64,000 bases of DNA from Alphaproteobacteria bacterium. Its GTDB lineage: Bacteria > Pseudomonadota > Alphaproteobacteria > RF32 > CAG-239. Within the stretch, counting starts at the first letter, position 1. The number at the start of each line of letters is the position of its first letter. Of the stretch, positions 9,608 through 19,294 are shown piece after piece. Below the pieces are notes generated by a model, which searched no databases, was not told where the DNA came from, and saw nothing but the letters and a program-made list of their open reading frames with translations. The position numbers were made by a program, and so were the translations under genes. Where the stretch lies: contig JAZNXK010000011.1 in the NCBI GenBank assembly GCA_045593845.1, positions 11,111-75,110 on the forward strand, in the 5' to 3' direction.

Positions 9608-10171
9608 CTAGAAAATATCAATATCTTCTAAAACAGCTTTAAAATCTTGTTCGCTCGGGTTGCAGATATATGCTCCGATATCATAGATTTTACTCTCTTT
9701 TACAAATTGAAATACGCGTAAAAGGGTAAAATTTATTTTATCGGGAGAGTATGACACAGAAATAACACCGTCTATCATTTGTATTTTATAGTAAATGATT
9801 GATGATATTTCGGAAAACATAAACTTGCAAAAATCCGATATACCGTCATTGGCAGCAGATACCAGAATAAAGGGATTATTAAATTTGTCTTTAGTCAGAG
9901 AAATCTTGCACCAATTGTCATTGTCAATTTTACTCATGAGGCCAAATTGAGCCATTTGCGGAATAATATCAGGAACTTTCCATTTTGCAATTATGGTAAA
10001 ATTATTGAATTTGCGAGAATAAAAAAAATGTCCGGTGCTTGTGTTGATATTATGTCTTTTATCCTGCCAAAAATCCGTATTTTCAGCTGATTTTATAACT
10101 ATCGAACCATCATGAAAATTAAAATCAGGTTCATTTTCCCAATCAAAATCAGCTATAGACTCAAGGCGCAT
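9608..10171 (-). CDS. DUF1349-like (concanavalin-like fold) protein
   Basis: The N-terminal pattern FDWENEP...NTDFWQ...GHFF resembles the DUF1349/REE1 family signature. Its start overlaps the upstream J-protein stop (TAATG). Confidence 0.5.
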   Translation of the reverse strand: MRLESIADFDWENEPDFNFHDGSIVIKSAENTDFWQDKRHNINTSTGHFFYSRKFNNFTIIAKWKVPDIIPQMAQFGLMSKIDNDNWCKISLTKDKFNNPFILVSAANDGISDFCKFMFSEISSIIYYKIQMIDGVISVSYSPDKINFTLLRVFQFVKESKIYDIGAYICNPSEQDFKAVLEDIDIF

Positions 10172-11094
10172 TAAAAGCTCCTAATATTTTCATTAGGCAA
10201 CTTGCTTAATGTTTTTTCAAGTTCTGAAGATTTGTTTTGCGGAGATACTATTTTTATGGTAATTATTTGGTCTCCGGTGCCTTTAAAGTTGCTTAACCCC
10301 TTACCTTTCAAGCGCAATTTTTCACCACTGCTTGCATATGGAGGAATTTTTACGGCTACATTTCCGTTGATGGTCGGAACAACGATTTTTGCGCCTAAAA
10401 CTGCTTCTTTTATACTTATGGGCAAATCCATAAGGATATTCTGTCCTTCAATGCTAAAATATGGATGAGGTGCAACATTGAGTGTTATTAACACATCTCC
10501 GTTTTCTCCTCCCATATAGCCCGGCTTACCCAGACCTTTTAAGCGTAGAGTTTGTCCATCAAGGCTACCGGCGGGAACTTTTACGTTTATATTCCGGCCG
10601 CCAAGGTTTACTTGTCTTTCAGAACCGTTAACAGCAGACATAAAATCTATTTTCATGGTATAGGCAATATCTTCACCTTTGCGAGCACGTCCTCGAGAAC
10701 GGAAGCTTCCTCCCGTAAAAGCTGACAATATATCATCATTAAAAATTGATGAAAAATCAAAATCAGCACCTTTGCCACCGGAAGAGGATGTATAATAATA
10801 TCCGTTCGTTCCATTAAACGGATTTCCATTGCCAAAACCTCCTGAAAAACCGGAGCCGAAACCGGTAGGTTTGCCATCAGCATCTATTTCGTTTCTATCA
10901 TATTGTTGCCGTTTATTTTCGTCACCCAAGACATCGTAAGCTGCCGAAATTTCCTTAAATTTTTCAGCAGCTTGAGGGTTGTCTTTGTTTACATCCGGAT
11001 GATATTTACGTGCAAGCTTATGGTATGCCGATTTTATTTCGGCTTTACTTGCCGTTTTGCTAACACCCAATATCGCATATAAATCTTTTGCCAT
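10171..11094 (-). CDS. J-domain co-chaperone, CbpA/DnaJ class II-like (no zinc finger)
   Basis: J domain DLYAILGV...YHPDVN, a G/F-rich linker, and DnaJ C-terminal substrate-binding domains. No CxxCxGxG repeats. Confidence 0.8.
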   Translation of the reverse strand: MAKDLYAILGVSKTASKAEIKSAYHKLARKYHPDVNKDNPQAAEKFKEISAAYDVLGDENKRQQYDRNEIDADGKPTGFGSGFSGGFGNGNPFNGTNGYYYTSSSGGKGADFDFSSIFNDDILSAFTGGSFRSRGRARKGEDIAYTMKIDFMSAVNGSERQVNLGGRNINVKVPAGSLDGQTLRLKGLGKPGYMGGENGDVLITLNVAPHPYFSIEGQNILMDLPISIKEAVLGAKIVVPTINGNVAVKIPPYASSGEKLRLKGKGLSNFKGTGDQIITIKIVSPQNKSSELEKTLSKLPNENIRSF

Positions 11095-11157
11095 TTTAAT
11101 CTCTAATAGTTTTTATATGGTCACTTTCGATATTTATATAGGGTTTGTTTTCAGTAA

Positions 11158-11721
11158 TTACAAGTTTACACAATCAAAGCTTATACGGCGATAATATCCA
11201 TGATAAAGATTAATTTTGCGCAATATTGCCGAGCGATTACCGTGTTCGCGGCAGTAACGAGCAGCAAGAGGCATTATTTCGTCCACTCTGACATCTCTAT
11301 ATTGGAAACCTGAACCGTCTTTTGAATCTTTTGCTGAAACTCTGTTTTCAAAGGCTTTATATTCATCATCGTCAACTTGTACATTTTTATCAACAAGAGG
11401 AGCTTTTATTGCTGAACTTTCACTTATGCAATTCAAGTTTTGTTCGTTTACATAATATTTTATGTTATTATCGATTATAACAGAGGCAACATCATCTTTT
11501 TCGGCATCTTGTTTTTCAACAATAACAATTGTCGGCTCTTGCTGTTTTATTTCCATCGGAGCCGCTTTAATTGTTTCTGTTTGCTTGACTTCAGAAGGAT
11601 TGGGTTGATCGCAAAACAAAGCATATTGTTTGGTGCATACTCCGTTTTGGCAATAGAAGCATGTACTGCATGCTCCCAAAAAAAGACTGCTGAACAGTAT
11701 TGTTAAATTTTTTATTTTCAT
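11158..11721 (-). CDS. Hypothetical Cys-rich lipoprotein
   Basis: Lipobox LFLGAC at the N-terminus, followed by CSTCFYCQNGVCTKQYALFC. No family recognised. Confidence 0.5.
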   Translation of the reverse strand: MKIKNLTILFSSLFLGACSTCFYCQNGVCTKQYALFCDQPNPSEVKQTETIKAAPMEIKQQEPTIVIVEKQDAEKDDVASVIIDNNIKYYVNEQNLNCISESSAIKAPLVDKNVQVDDDEYKAFENRVSAKDSKDGSGFQYRDVRVDEIMPLAARYCREHGNRSAILRKINLYHGYYRRISFDCVNL

Positions 11722-11762
11722 TGTAGTATCCTTTTCGATTAGATGTGATTTTTGATAATTGG

Positions 11763-12065
11763 CTATTCTAAAGTATCATAAATTTCTTTGCCCGCATTTT
11801 CTAAAATTTGCAATACTTTACGGTTTTTGGAATCTTTGTTGCGGCTATTGGTTAATTTGGCCATCATTTTTTGCAATTTTTGATTGAAACTATTGTTTTC
11901 ACGAAGTTTCTCCACCTGAACTATTTCTTCTTCGTCGTTAATTTTATAGTTAGCAACAGCCTTGATAACAGCCAAATACTGGGCATTCTTACTTGCACTG
12001 TATTGAGCAAAAGAATTGTTTGATAACAATAAAACAGAAACAAGTATTCCATAAAATATTTTCAT
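11763..12065 (-). CDS. Hypothetical small secreted protein
   Basis: The track ORF extends to 12107, but the ATG at 12065 has AAGGAGAG upstream. That start yields the signal peptide MKIFYGILVSVLLLSNNSFAQ. Confidence 0.45.
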   Translation of the reverse strand: MKIFYGILVSVLLLSNNSFAQYSASKNAQYLAVIKAVANYKINDEEEIVQVEKLRENNSFNQKLQKMMAKLTNSRNKDSKNRKVLQILENAGKEIYDTLE

Positions 12066-12156
12066 TTCAAATCTCTCCTTTTGATATTTAATTTGATTTT
12101 GCATCAAAAATGGTTTATTTTGAGTAAAAATAATTTATTAAAAAGAGATTTTTGTT

Positions 12157-13131
12157 ATGAAAAAGATAATTTGGGTGTTGCTTGATGATCGTATGGGTAG
12201 TGTCGGTCAAGCAAAAGGCATATTGCAAGAAATGTCTGAAGATTTTGATATTATTGAAAAAAAGATTGTTTATAATAAATTTGCCAAGCTTCCGAATTTT
12301 TTGCGTGGTAAATTCTTTCTGTTAGGTGTCGATAAATCCAAATCCGATGATTTGAAAGGTTGTCCGGATATTGTGCTTTCAATAAGCCGCAGAACAACGC
12401 CTATTGCTTTATGGATTAAAAGACGATCCAAGGGCAAGACTAAAATTGTGCAACTTATGTTTTCCGGCAAGTATGGCCTTAAGGATATTGATTTGCTGGT
12501 TATGCCCGAGCATGACAGAGGCAAAACATCTTCAGATAATGCATTTTATATTGTCGGATGCCCTCATAGAATCAATGAAGCTACTTTACAAAACGCAAAA
12601 GAACAATGGCAAGATGTTTTTTCCAAGTTACCCCGTCCTCTCACTGCTGTTTTAGTAGGCGGAGCAATTAAAAACAAGCCATTCTCTAATGAAAATGCTA
12701 AAAAATTGGCTGATGAAATTGTTAATATTCACCAAAAAGTAAGCGGCTCCGTTTTAATTACCACTTCCAGAAGAACAGGAGAAAGCGCACAAAGTATAAT
12801 TATGGAAAAAATCAAAGATATTCCTACTTATACTTTTTTGTGGGGTGAAAAAAAGGAAAATCCTATTTTGGGATTTTATGCCTGTGCTGACAGGATTATT
12901 GCAACCGGTGACTCTGTTTCTATGGTCTGCGAAGCTTGCGGTAGCGGAAAAGATGTTATGATTTTTGAAGGAAAACACTGGCTGACAAAAAAGCATTTAG
13001 CTTTTGTAAAATCTTTGGTAGACAATGGTTATGCCGTGCGAATCGACAATGAGAATGCTGTTGATTTTATTCCTCAAAAGAAATTACATAATTCTTTGGA
13101 TGTTGCAAAAAAAATTGAAAGTTTGGTTTAA
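12157..13131 (+). CDS. ELM1/GtrOC1-family (DUF1022) putative glycosyltransferase
   Basis: Family-typical blocks: IWVLLDDRMGSVGQAKG, PDIVLSISRRT, LLVMPEHD, LPRPLTAVLVGG, LITTSRRT and TGDSVSMVCEA. Confidence 0.7.
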   Translation: MKKIIWVLLDDRMGSVGQAKGILQEMSEDFDIIEKKIVYNKFAKLPNFLRGKFFLLGVDKSKSDDLKGCPDIVLSISRRTTPIALWIKRRSKGKTKIVQLMFSGKYGLKDIDLLVMPEHDRGKTSSDNAFYIVGCPHRINEATLQNAKEQWQDVFSKLPRPLTAVLVGGAIKNKPFSNENAKKLADEIVNIHQKVSGSVLITTSRRTGESAQSIIMEKIKDIPTYTFLWGEKKENPILGFYACADRIIATGDSVSMVCEACGSGKDVMIFEGKHWLTKKHLAFVKSLVDNGYAVRIDNENAVDFIPQKKLHNSLDVAKKIESLV

Positions 13132-13823
13132 TACAGCATTTCTTTTCGCCTTACTACAACTTTTTGATACATTTTGCCGTAATAAGTTGTTTTTTTCCAT
13201 TCAAACTGACCTCTTGCCGAGGAAAAATCTTTAATCTCATTTTCCCATAAATTTTCGGCAAACGGCTGATATAAACGGTTAAATGCTTGAATAATAAAGC
13301 GAAATGGATTCCAAATTGCTGGTTTATTATAATCTATAAAAACGATTTTTCCTGCAGGAGTTATTGTTGAAAGCAATGTATTTATTAAATTTGTTTTTGA
13401 AGGTTGCGGCATTTCATGCAAAAGATTATAGCATATAATAACACTATATCTTTGGTCTGTTTTAGTAGTAGCATCTCTGTTTATAAAATTCATTGATGGA
13501 TATAAATAACGATATTTGTTGTGGGTTCTTCTTAATTGTGTCGCACTGATATCAACAATATCAAATTCGCCGTAAATTCCCAGTCTCTCTGCAACTTTTG
13601 CCAATTGATTACCAAAAGTAACCCCTACTTGCAGGGTTTTTTGTTGAGGATAAATCTCTTCCAAACATGCACTTATAAGTCTTTTATGAGCTCCTAGCGT
13701 TATTAAGTTCAGCAACCAATCTCTGTCTATCAGCTTGCATAAAAAACTATTTTCATACAACCAGCTGTAATATTCTTTTTGATACGGAGGAATAGTATTT
13801 GTTTTGTTTATGCTTTTTTTCAT
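13128..13823 (-). CDS. rquA: RquA-like class I methyltransferase-fold protein (candidate rhodoquinone biosynthesis enzyme)
   Basis: MTase motif I is degenerate: TLQVGVTFG, with Gln in place of Asp and no GxGxG. Other blocks are WLLNLITLGAHKRL and IVFIDYNKPAIWNPFR...PFAENLWENEI. These match my recollection of RquA-specific features; the call rests on memory only. Confidence 0.5.
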   Translation of the reverse strand: MKKSINKTNTIPPYQKEYYSWLYENSFLCKLIDRDWLLNLITLGAHKRLISACLEEIYPQQKTLQVGVTFGNQLAKVAERLGIYGEFDIVDISATQLRRTHNKYRYLYPSMNFINRDATTKTDQRYSVIICYNLLHEMPQPSKTNLINTLLSTITPAGKIVFIDYNKPAIWNPFRFIIQAFNRLYQPFAENLWENEIKDFSSARGQFEWKKTTYYGKMYQKVVVRRKEMLY

Positions 13824-14614
13824 TATTTATCTCCTTTTTGCCAATCACCCTGAATTAGCTGCCAGCATGATAGCGCAGCTATAGCAGCTGTTTCCGCCCG
13901 CAAAATTCTCGGTCCAAGGCTTATGCCGCTGGCAAAAGGACAAGATTTTAGCATTTCTAATTCTTGTTCGCTAAAACCACCTTCAGGACCAACCAGAAGA
14001 GCTATCGGAGCTGTTGCTTTTTGCAGAGCTTGGTTAAAGTTTTGACCATTTCCGGTTTCATCCATAAAAAATAACTTACGTTTTGCATCCCATTTAGAAA
14101 GCAAATCAGAAATTTCTACCGGTGCTGATATTTTAGGAATTTCAACTCGTCGTGATTGTTCTGATGCTTCTATAGCTTGTGCTTTCCAACGTTGAGTTTT
14201 TATTTTTTCGGCGATTGTATAACGGGTGATAACCGGTATAATTTTTGCGACTCCTAGTTCAGTTGCTTTTTCAATTACAAAGTCTGTGCGATCCTTTTTG
14301 AGCGGAGGGAAAAGTAGCCAAACATCAGGCACAGATAAAAAATCTCTGGTCTTCTGAATGATTTGCAAGGCCAAATCTTTCTTTCCATTGATACAAACCC
14401 GGCATTCAAATTCTCCGGATATACCATTAAAAATCAATATTTTTTCGCCATCAGACAAACGCATAACAGATAACAGATAATGCACCTGCTCTTTAAGAGG
14501 GTTGATTGTTTCCCCTATCTTTATATCATCTATCTCTACATATATCCGTATTTTGGACGTTTTAGGCAAGTCATTCTCCTTAAAAAAACAATAAGTTTTG
14601 TATAAATATGTCAT
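13823..14614 (-). CDS. rsmE: 16S rRNA m3U1498 methyltransferase
   Basis: Motifs LLVGPEGGFSEQE and LGPRILRAETAAIAAL. 263 aa. Confidence 0.85.
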   Translation of the reverse strand: MTYLYKTYCFFKENDLPKTSKIRIYVEIDDIKIGETINPLKEQVHYLLSVMRLSDGEKILIFNGISGEFECRVCINGKKDLALQIIQKTRDFLSVPDVWLLFPPLKKDRTDFVIEKATELGVAKIIPVITRYTIAEKIKTQRWKAQAIEASEQSRRVEIPKISAPVEISDLLSKWDAKRKLFFMDETGNGQNFNQALQKATAPIALLVGPEGGFSEQELEMLKSCPFASGISLGPRILRAETAAIAALSCWQLIQGDWQKGDK

Positions 14615-14681
14615 CTACCTTGAGTTATTTTGTAAAATATTATAACTAATCTTTAGTTAAGTTTTAGTTACGGACGGAAAA

Positions 14682-15329
14682 ATGATTATAACTATTGACG
14701 GTCCTGCCGCAGCAGGAAAGGGAACTTTAGCAGCAAAATTGGCTGATAAGTTTGCTCTGACTTATTTTGATACAGGAATGGTTTATAGAGCGGTAGGTTT
14801 GCAAATGTTGCAAGCAAACATATCTCTTGATGACACATCTGCAGCAGAGAATTTTGCTAAAAGCTTAACTTTCCAAAGAATGATGGACTTGTCTAAAGAT
14901 GTTGCCTTTCGTTCTCTTGAGGGAAGCCATGTCGCTTCGGCAGTTGCAGCTATTCCTGCCGTGAGAGCTGCTTTGTTGAAAATGCAGCAAGATTTTTCAA
15001 AAAAACCTGTTTTTGCTGATGGAACTCCTGCTAATGGAGCAATATATGATGGCAGGGATACCGGCACTGTTGTTTGTCCTAATGCAGATGTAAAACTTTT
15101 TATTACGGCAAGCCCCGAAGTAAGAGCTATGCGCAGATTCAAAGAATATGAAGCAAAAGGACAAATAACATCTTATGAAGATGTGCTAAAGCAAACTATT
15201 GCCAGAGATAAAAATGACTTTGCAAGGGAAAGCAGCCAACCGGCAAAAGATGCAATTATAATTGATACTTCAGATCTTTCTATTGAACAGGTATTTGAAA
15301 AAGCCTGCCAAATTATAAGTAATAAATAA
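14682..15329 (+). CDS. cmk: Cytidylate kinase
   Basis: P-loop ITIDGPAAAGKGT. Shows the conserved cmk-rpsA linkage. Confidence 0.9.
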   Translation: MIITIDGPAAAGKGTLAAKLADKFALTYFDTGMVYRAVGLQMLQANISLDDTSAAENFAKSLTFQRMMDLSKDVAFRSLEGSHVASAVAAIPAVRAALLKMQQDFSKKPVFADGTPANGAIYDGRDTGTVVCPNADVKLFITASPEVRAMRRFKEYEAKGQITSYEDVLKQTIARDKNDFARESSQPAKDAIIIDTSDLSIEQVFEKACQIISNK

Positions 15330-15470
15330 AAAAAGCTTGAAAAATAAATAAATGTGTGTATAGATGTTGTCGTCGCAAATAATGCGGCGTGGTATTTTTG
15401 TGACATTTGTTTGTTTCGCGCAAGTCCGCCCTCTTTTATTTTCGGGTTGGCATTTTGAATTGATTTTTAT

Positions 15471-17147
15471 ATGAATACAGAATTTAAAATTCCTGAAACC
15501 AACGAAGTTTTTGCCGATTTGCTTAATGAGCAGATGGGAGAAAGAAGTCTTGTCGGTTTGGTTGTTAAAGGAACTATCGTTAAAGTTACCCCTGATTTTG
15601 TTACCGTTGATGTCGGACTGAAATCTGAAGGACGCATTCCGGTTAGAGAATTCGGACAAAATCCTGAACTTAACGTCGGTGATGTTGTAGAGGTTTATAT
15701 TGACCGCTACGAAGATCGTGATGGTAACATTGTATTGTCTCGTGAAAAAGCAAGACGTGAAGAAGCATGGCAAGATTTGGAAAAATCCATGAATGCCGGA
15801 GAGCGTATTAACGGTATTATTTTTGGTAGAGTTAAGGGCGGATTTACCGTTGATTTGAACGGTGCAATTGCTTTCTTGCCCGGCTCACAAATTGATATCA
15901 GACCAATCAGAGATATCACTCCTTTAATGGGTATTTCTCAACCGTTCCAAATTTTGAAAATGGATAAAGTTAGAGGTAATATTGTTGTTTCTCGCCGTGT
16001 TGTTTTGGAAGAAACCAGAGCAGAATCTAGAGCTGAACTTATCGATGCAATTAAAGAAGGTTCTATTCTTGACGGTGTTGTTAAAAATATTACCGATTAC
16101 GGTGCATTTATTGATTTGGGTGGTGTTGACGGTCTGTTACACGTTACTGATATTTCTTGGAAACGCATTAATCATCCTGCAGAAGTATTATCTATCGGTC
16201 AGACAGTTAAAGTCCAAGTTATTAAATTTAATGAGGATAATCAACGTATTAGCCTCGGTATGAAACAACTTGAAAATGACCCGTGGCAAAATGTTGAAGA
16301 CAGATTCCATGTCGGTGACATTTGCAAAGGTAAAGTTACTAATATTACCGATTATGGTGCTTTTGTTGAGCTCGAAGACGGAATCGAAGGTTTGGTTCAC
16401 GTTTCTGAAATGAGCTGGACTCGTAAGAATGTTCATCCGGGCAAAATCGTTTCTACTTCACAAGAAGTTGAAGTTAAGGTTTTGGAAGTTGATGCCGATA
16501 AGAGAAGAATCAGCCTCGGTATCAAACAATGCACCCCGAATCCTTGGGCTGCTTATGTTGAAGAGCATGAAGTAGGCTCTATTATCGAAGGTAAAATTAA
16601 GAACATTACCGAATTTGGTTTGTTTGTTGGTCTTAATGATGAAATTGACGGTATGATTCACTTGTCCGATATTTCTTGGGATAAACCGGGTGAAGAAGCT
16701 GTCAAAGATTATACAAAAGGTCAAGAAATTCAAGCTAAAATCATTGATGTTGATGTTGAAAAAGAGCGCATCAGCCTCGGTATTAAGCAGATGACCGAAA
16801 ACACCAATGCTAATGCCTTGGAAAACTTTAAGAAAGGTGACAATGTTAAAGCCACTGTTGTTGAAGTTGTTGAAGATGGTATTAATGTTGAGGTTGACGG
16901 TGTTGCTACTCATATCAAGAAAACCGATTTGGCCAGAGAAAAAGCTAATCAGGATTTGAGTAAATTTAATGCCGGTGATGTTATTGAAGCTAAAGTTACC
17001 AGTGTTGACAAGAAGAAAGGCAAACTAGGTTTGTCGATTAAAGCTCTTGAAATTGAAGAGGAAAAGAAAGCTTTGGAAGAGTATTCTAATACTTCTTCAG
17101 GTTCTACCCTCGGAGATGCACTTGGTGAAGCTTTGAAGAACAAATAA
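15471..17147 (+). CDS. rpsA: 30S ribosomal protein S1
   Basis: Six S1-domain repeats (G..V.G.V..I..(Y/F)GAF(V/I)). 558 aa. Confidence 0.95.
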   Translation: MNTEFKIPETNEVFADLLNEQMGERSLVGLVVKGTIVKVTPDFVTVDVGLKSEGRIPVREFGQNPELNVGDVVEVYIDRYEDRDGNIVLSREKARREEAWQDLEKSMNAGERINGIIFGRVKGGFTVDLNGAIAFLPGSQIDIRPIRDITPLMGISQPFQILKMDKVRGNIVVSRRVVLEETRAESRAELIDAIKEGSILDGVVKNITDYGAFIDLGGVDGLLHVTDISWKRINHPAEVLSIGQTVKVQVIKFNEDNQRISLGMKQLENDPWQNVEDRFHVGDICKGKVTNITDYGAFVELEDGIEGLVHVSEMSWTRKNVHPGKIVSTSQEVEVKVLEVDADKRRISLGIKQCTPNPWAAYVEEHEVGSIIEGKIKNITEFGLFVGLNDEIDGMIHLSDISWDKPGEEAVKDYTKGQEIQAKIIDVDVEKERISLGIKQMTENTNANALENFKKGDNVKATVVEVVEDGINVEVDGVATHIKKTDLAREKANQDLSKFNAGDVIEAKVTSVDKKKGKLGLSIKALEIEEEKKALEEYSNTSSGSTLGDALGEALKNK

Positions 17148-17170
17148 TCTTTTGATTATATCACAAAAAG

Positions 17171-17197
17171 AAACCGCTCCAAAAGGGGCGGTTTTTT
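17171..17197 (+). terminator. Intrinsic terminator, usable in both directions (rpsA / cvpA)
   Basis: aaaccgctcc aaaa ggggcggttt followed by TTTTTT. The complementary strand also has a T-run. Confidence 0.7.
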
Positions 17198-17213
17198 GTT
17201 CATATAGTGGGTT

Positions 17214-17906
17214 TTATTCCTCTATCGTCATTTCTATCAACCGATCGAGATTTTGTTGCTCGTTGCTGTTATAACCTCCCTGCTCTTGTTTTTTGGGTTC
17301 GGTAGTTTGAGATATTTTTGCATCGGGATTTTCAACTTTAGGCTGAACAAGTTTATCAAAAAGTTTATCAATATCCTCTGAAAGCACACTGTCTTGTTTT
17401 TCTTCGGTTTTCTCTGTTTCTTTTTCAGCTTTTTTATTCTTCGGCAAAAGATTTTCTATCGGTTCGGCAAAATCGCCCGCAAGTTGAAAATATTTTGATT
17501 TCTTAAATACTTCCGGTTGTTCATCGGGAGTAAGAATCCATCCAACCATTATATTAAATAAAATCAATAAAATACATGCTCTTACAAAACCAAAAAACAA
17601 ACCGAGTATTCTATCAAGAGTGCTAAGCTTGCTGGAGCGGACTTTATTGATTATTTGTGAAGTTAAAATTATCCAAATTATGAAAAATACTATCAAAATA
17701 GCCAGTGATGCAACTATTGAGGTCATTGTTTCATTTTTAATATATACGTTCAATAAAGGTTTTACTATCGGCAACATAAAGACAATTGTAATAATAGAAA
17801 ATATCCAACCCATTATTGAAAGAACTTCTTTAATCAATCCGCGATTTAAGGATATTAAGCCGGATATTAAAAATACTACTAAAATAAATATGTCTAAATT
17901 ATTCAT
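17214..17906 (-). CDS. cvpA: CvpA-family membrane protein
   Basis: Four N-terminal TM helices of the CvpA type and a charged C-terminal tail. Located upstream of radA. Confidence 0.7.
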   Translation of the reverse strand: MNNLDIFILVVFLISGLISLNRGLIKEVLSIMGWIFSIITIVFMLPIVKPLLNVYIKNETMTSIVASLAILIVFFIIWIILTSQIINKVRSSKLSTLDRILGLFFGFVRACILLILFNIMVGWILTPDEQPEVFKKSKYFQLAGDFAEPIENLLPKNKKAEKETEKTEEKQDSVLSEDIDKLFDKLVQPKVENPDAKISQTTEPKKQEQGGYNSNEQQNLDRLIEMTIEE

Positions 17907-17916
17907 TTCTGTTCCC

Positions 17917-19290
17917 CTAATTAAACCAGTTTATCAGCTTTTGAACATTACCTATTTCATGCAATGATATTTCTGAAGCATTAAGTTTGCTGTCTTTTTT
18001 GTATTGAGAAGGAATAATTGCACTCTTAAAACCAAGTTTTTGCGCCTCTTTTAATCGTAAACTCGGTTGGCTCACAGCTCTGACTTCTCCAGAAAGTCCT
18101 ATTTCTCCGAAAATTACCATATCGGACGGTAGAGGGCGATTAGTTAAAGATGAAATAATAGCCATAGCAACCGCCAAATCTGCTGCAGGTTCAGATATTT
18201 TTAACCCTCCCGCTATATTCAAGTAAACATCTTGACTACTGAGGTTCAATCCTCCTCTGGCTTCCAAAACGGCCAAGACCATAGATAAACGACTTGTATC
18301 CCAACCTACTACCGCTCTTTTAGGGCTTGCATAGCCGGTTTGACTGACTAGGGCTTGTATTTCTACCAGAACCGGACGAGAGCCTTCTATCCCCGCAAAA
18401 ACGCAAGAGCCGGATATATTTCCTTGTCTTTCTGCTAAAAACAGAGCTGAAGGATTTTCCACTTCAGCCAAGCCTTTATCCTGCATTTCAAAAACACCGA
18501 TTTCATCAGTCGCACCATAGCGATTTTTAACGGCGCGCAGGATTCTGAATTGATGTCCTCTTTCACCCTCAAAATACAAGACCGTATCAACCATATGTTC
18601 CAAAACGCGCGGGCCGGCTATTGAGCCCTGCTTGGTAACGTGTCCAACCAAAAACAGGACAAAACCTTTCTTTTTTGCCAGTTTTATAAGCTCATAAGCA
18701 CAAGCCCTGACTTGGGAAACACTTCCCGGCGTGGATTCTGCTTCTTCCAAATACATTGTTTGTATGGAATCTATAACAACAACTTTTGCAGATGTTTTCT
18801 CCAATGTCGCTATAATGTCTTTTATATCAGTTGCAGAAGCCAGTTTTACGGGAGACTTTTCAAGCCCAAGTCTTTTTGCTCTTATTCTCACTTGGTCAAG
18901 AGCCTCTTCACCGGATATATAATAACATTCAGGTTTTGTTGACTGGTTTGCAATGCTTGCACATGTCTGAAGTAAGAGTGTTGATTTACCAATTCCGGGG
19001 TCGCCTCCGACCAAAATTACGGAACCGGAAACCAGCCCACCGCCGCTGACACGATCAAGTTCTTTTATACCGGTTGATATTCTTTCAAGATTTTGAGTTG
19101 TTCCACTTAAGTCAAAAAATTCTATCAGTTGTCCTTTGTTTTGGCTTTTTATGTTAGAAAATCCTTCTCCGGCAATCTTTTCTTCTAATATTGTATTCCA
19201 CTCACCGCAGGCATCGCATTTTCCCTGCCATTTCGGATATATAGAACCACAGCTTTGACAAACATACTGTATCAGTGTCTTTTTTCCCAT
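17917..19290 (-). CDS. radA: DNA repair protein RadA
   Basis: N-terminal Zn ribbon CQSCG...CDACGEW, Walker A GDPGIGKST, a KNRYG motif and a Lon-like C-terminal domain. Confidence 0.95.
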   Translation of the reverse strand: MGKKTLIQYVCQSCGSIYPKWQGKCDACGEWNTILEEKIAGEGFSNIKSQNKGQLIEFFDLSGTTQNLERISTGIKELDRVSGGGLVSGSVILVGGDPGIGKSTLLLQTCASIANQSTKPECYYISGEEALDQVRIRAKRLGLEKSPVKLASATDIKDIIATLEKTSAKVVVIDSIQTMYLEEAESTPGSVSQVRACAYELIKLAKKKGFVLFLVGHVTKQGSIAGPRVLEHMVDTVLYFEGERGHQFRILRAVKNRYGATDEIGVFEMQDKGLAEVENPSALFLAERQGNISGSCVFAGIEGSRPVLVEIQALVSQTGYASPKRAVVGWDTSRLSMVLAVLEARGGLNLSSQDVYLNIAGGLKISEPAADLAVAMAIISSLTNRPLPSDMVIFGEIGLSGEVRAVSQPSLRLKEAQKLGFKSAIIPSQYKKDSKLNASEISLHEIGNVQKLINWFN

Positions 19291-19294
19291 ATTA

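Noticed and set aside
15270-15773. 167-aa minus-strand ORF across the cmk-rpsA junction
   Set aside because: It overlaps two well-supported plus-strand genes, and its translation has no recognisable features.
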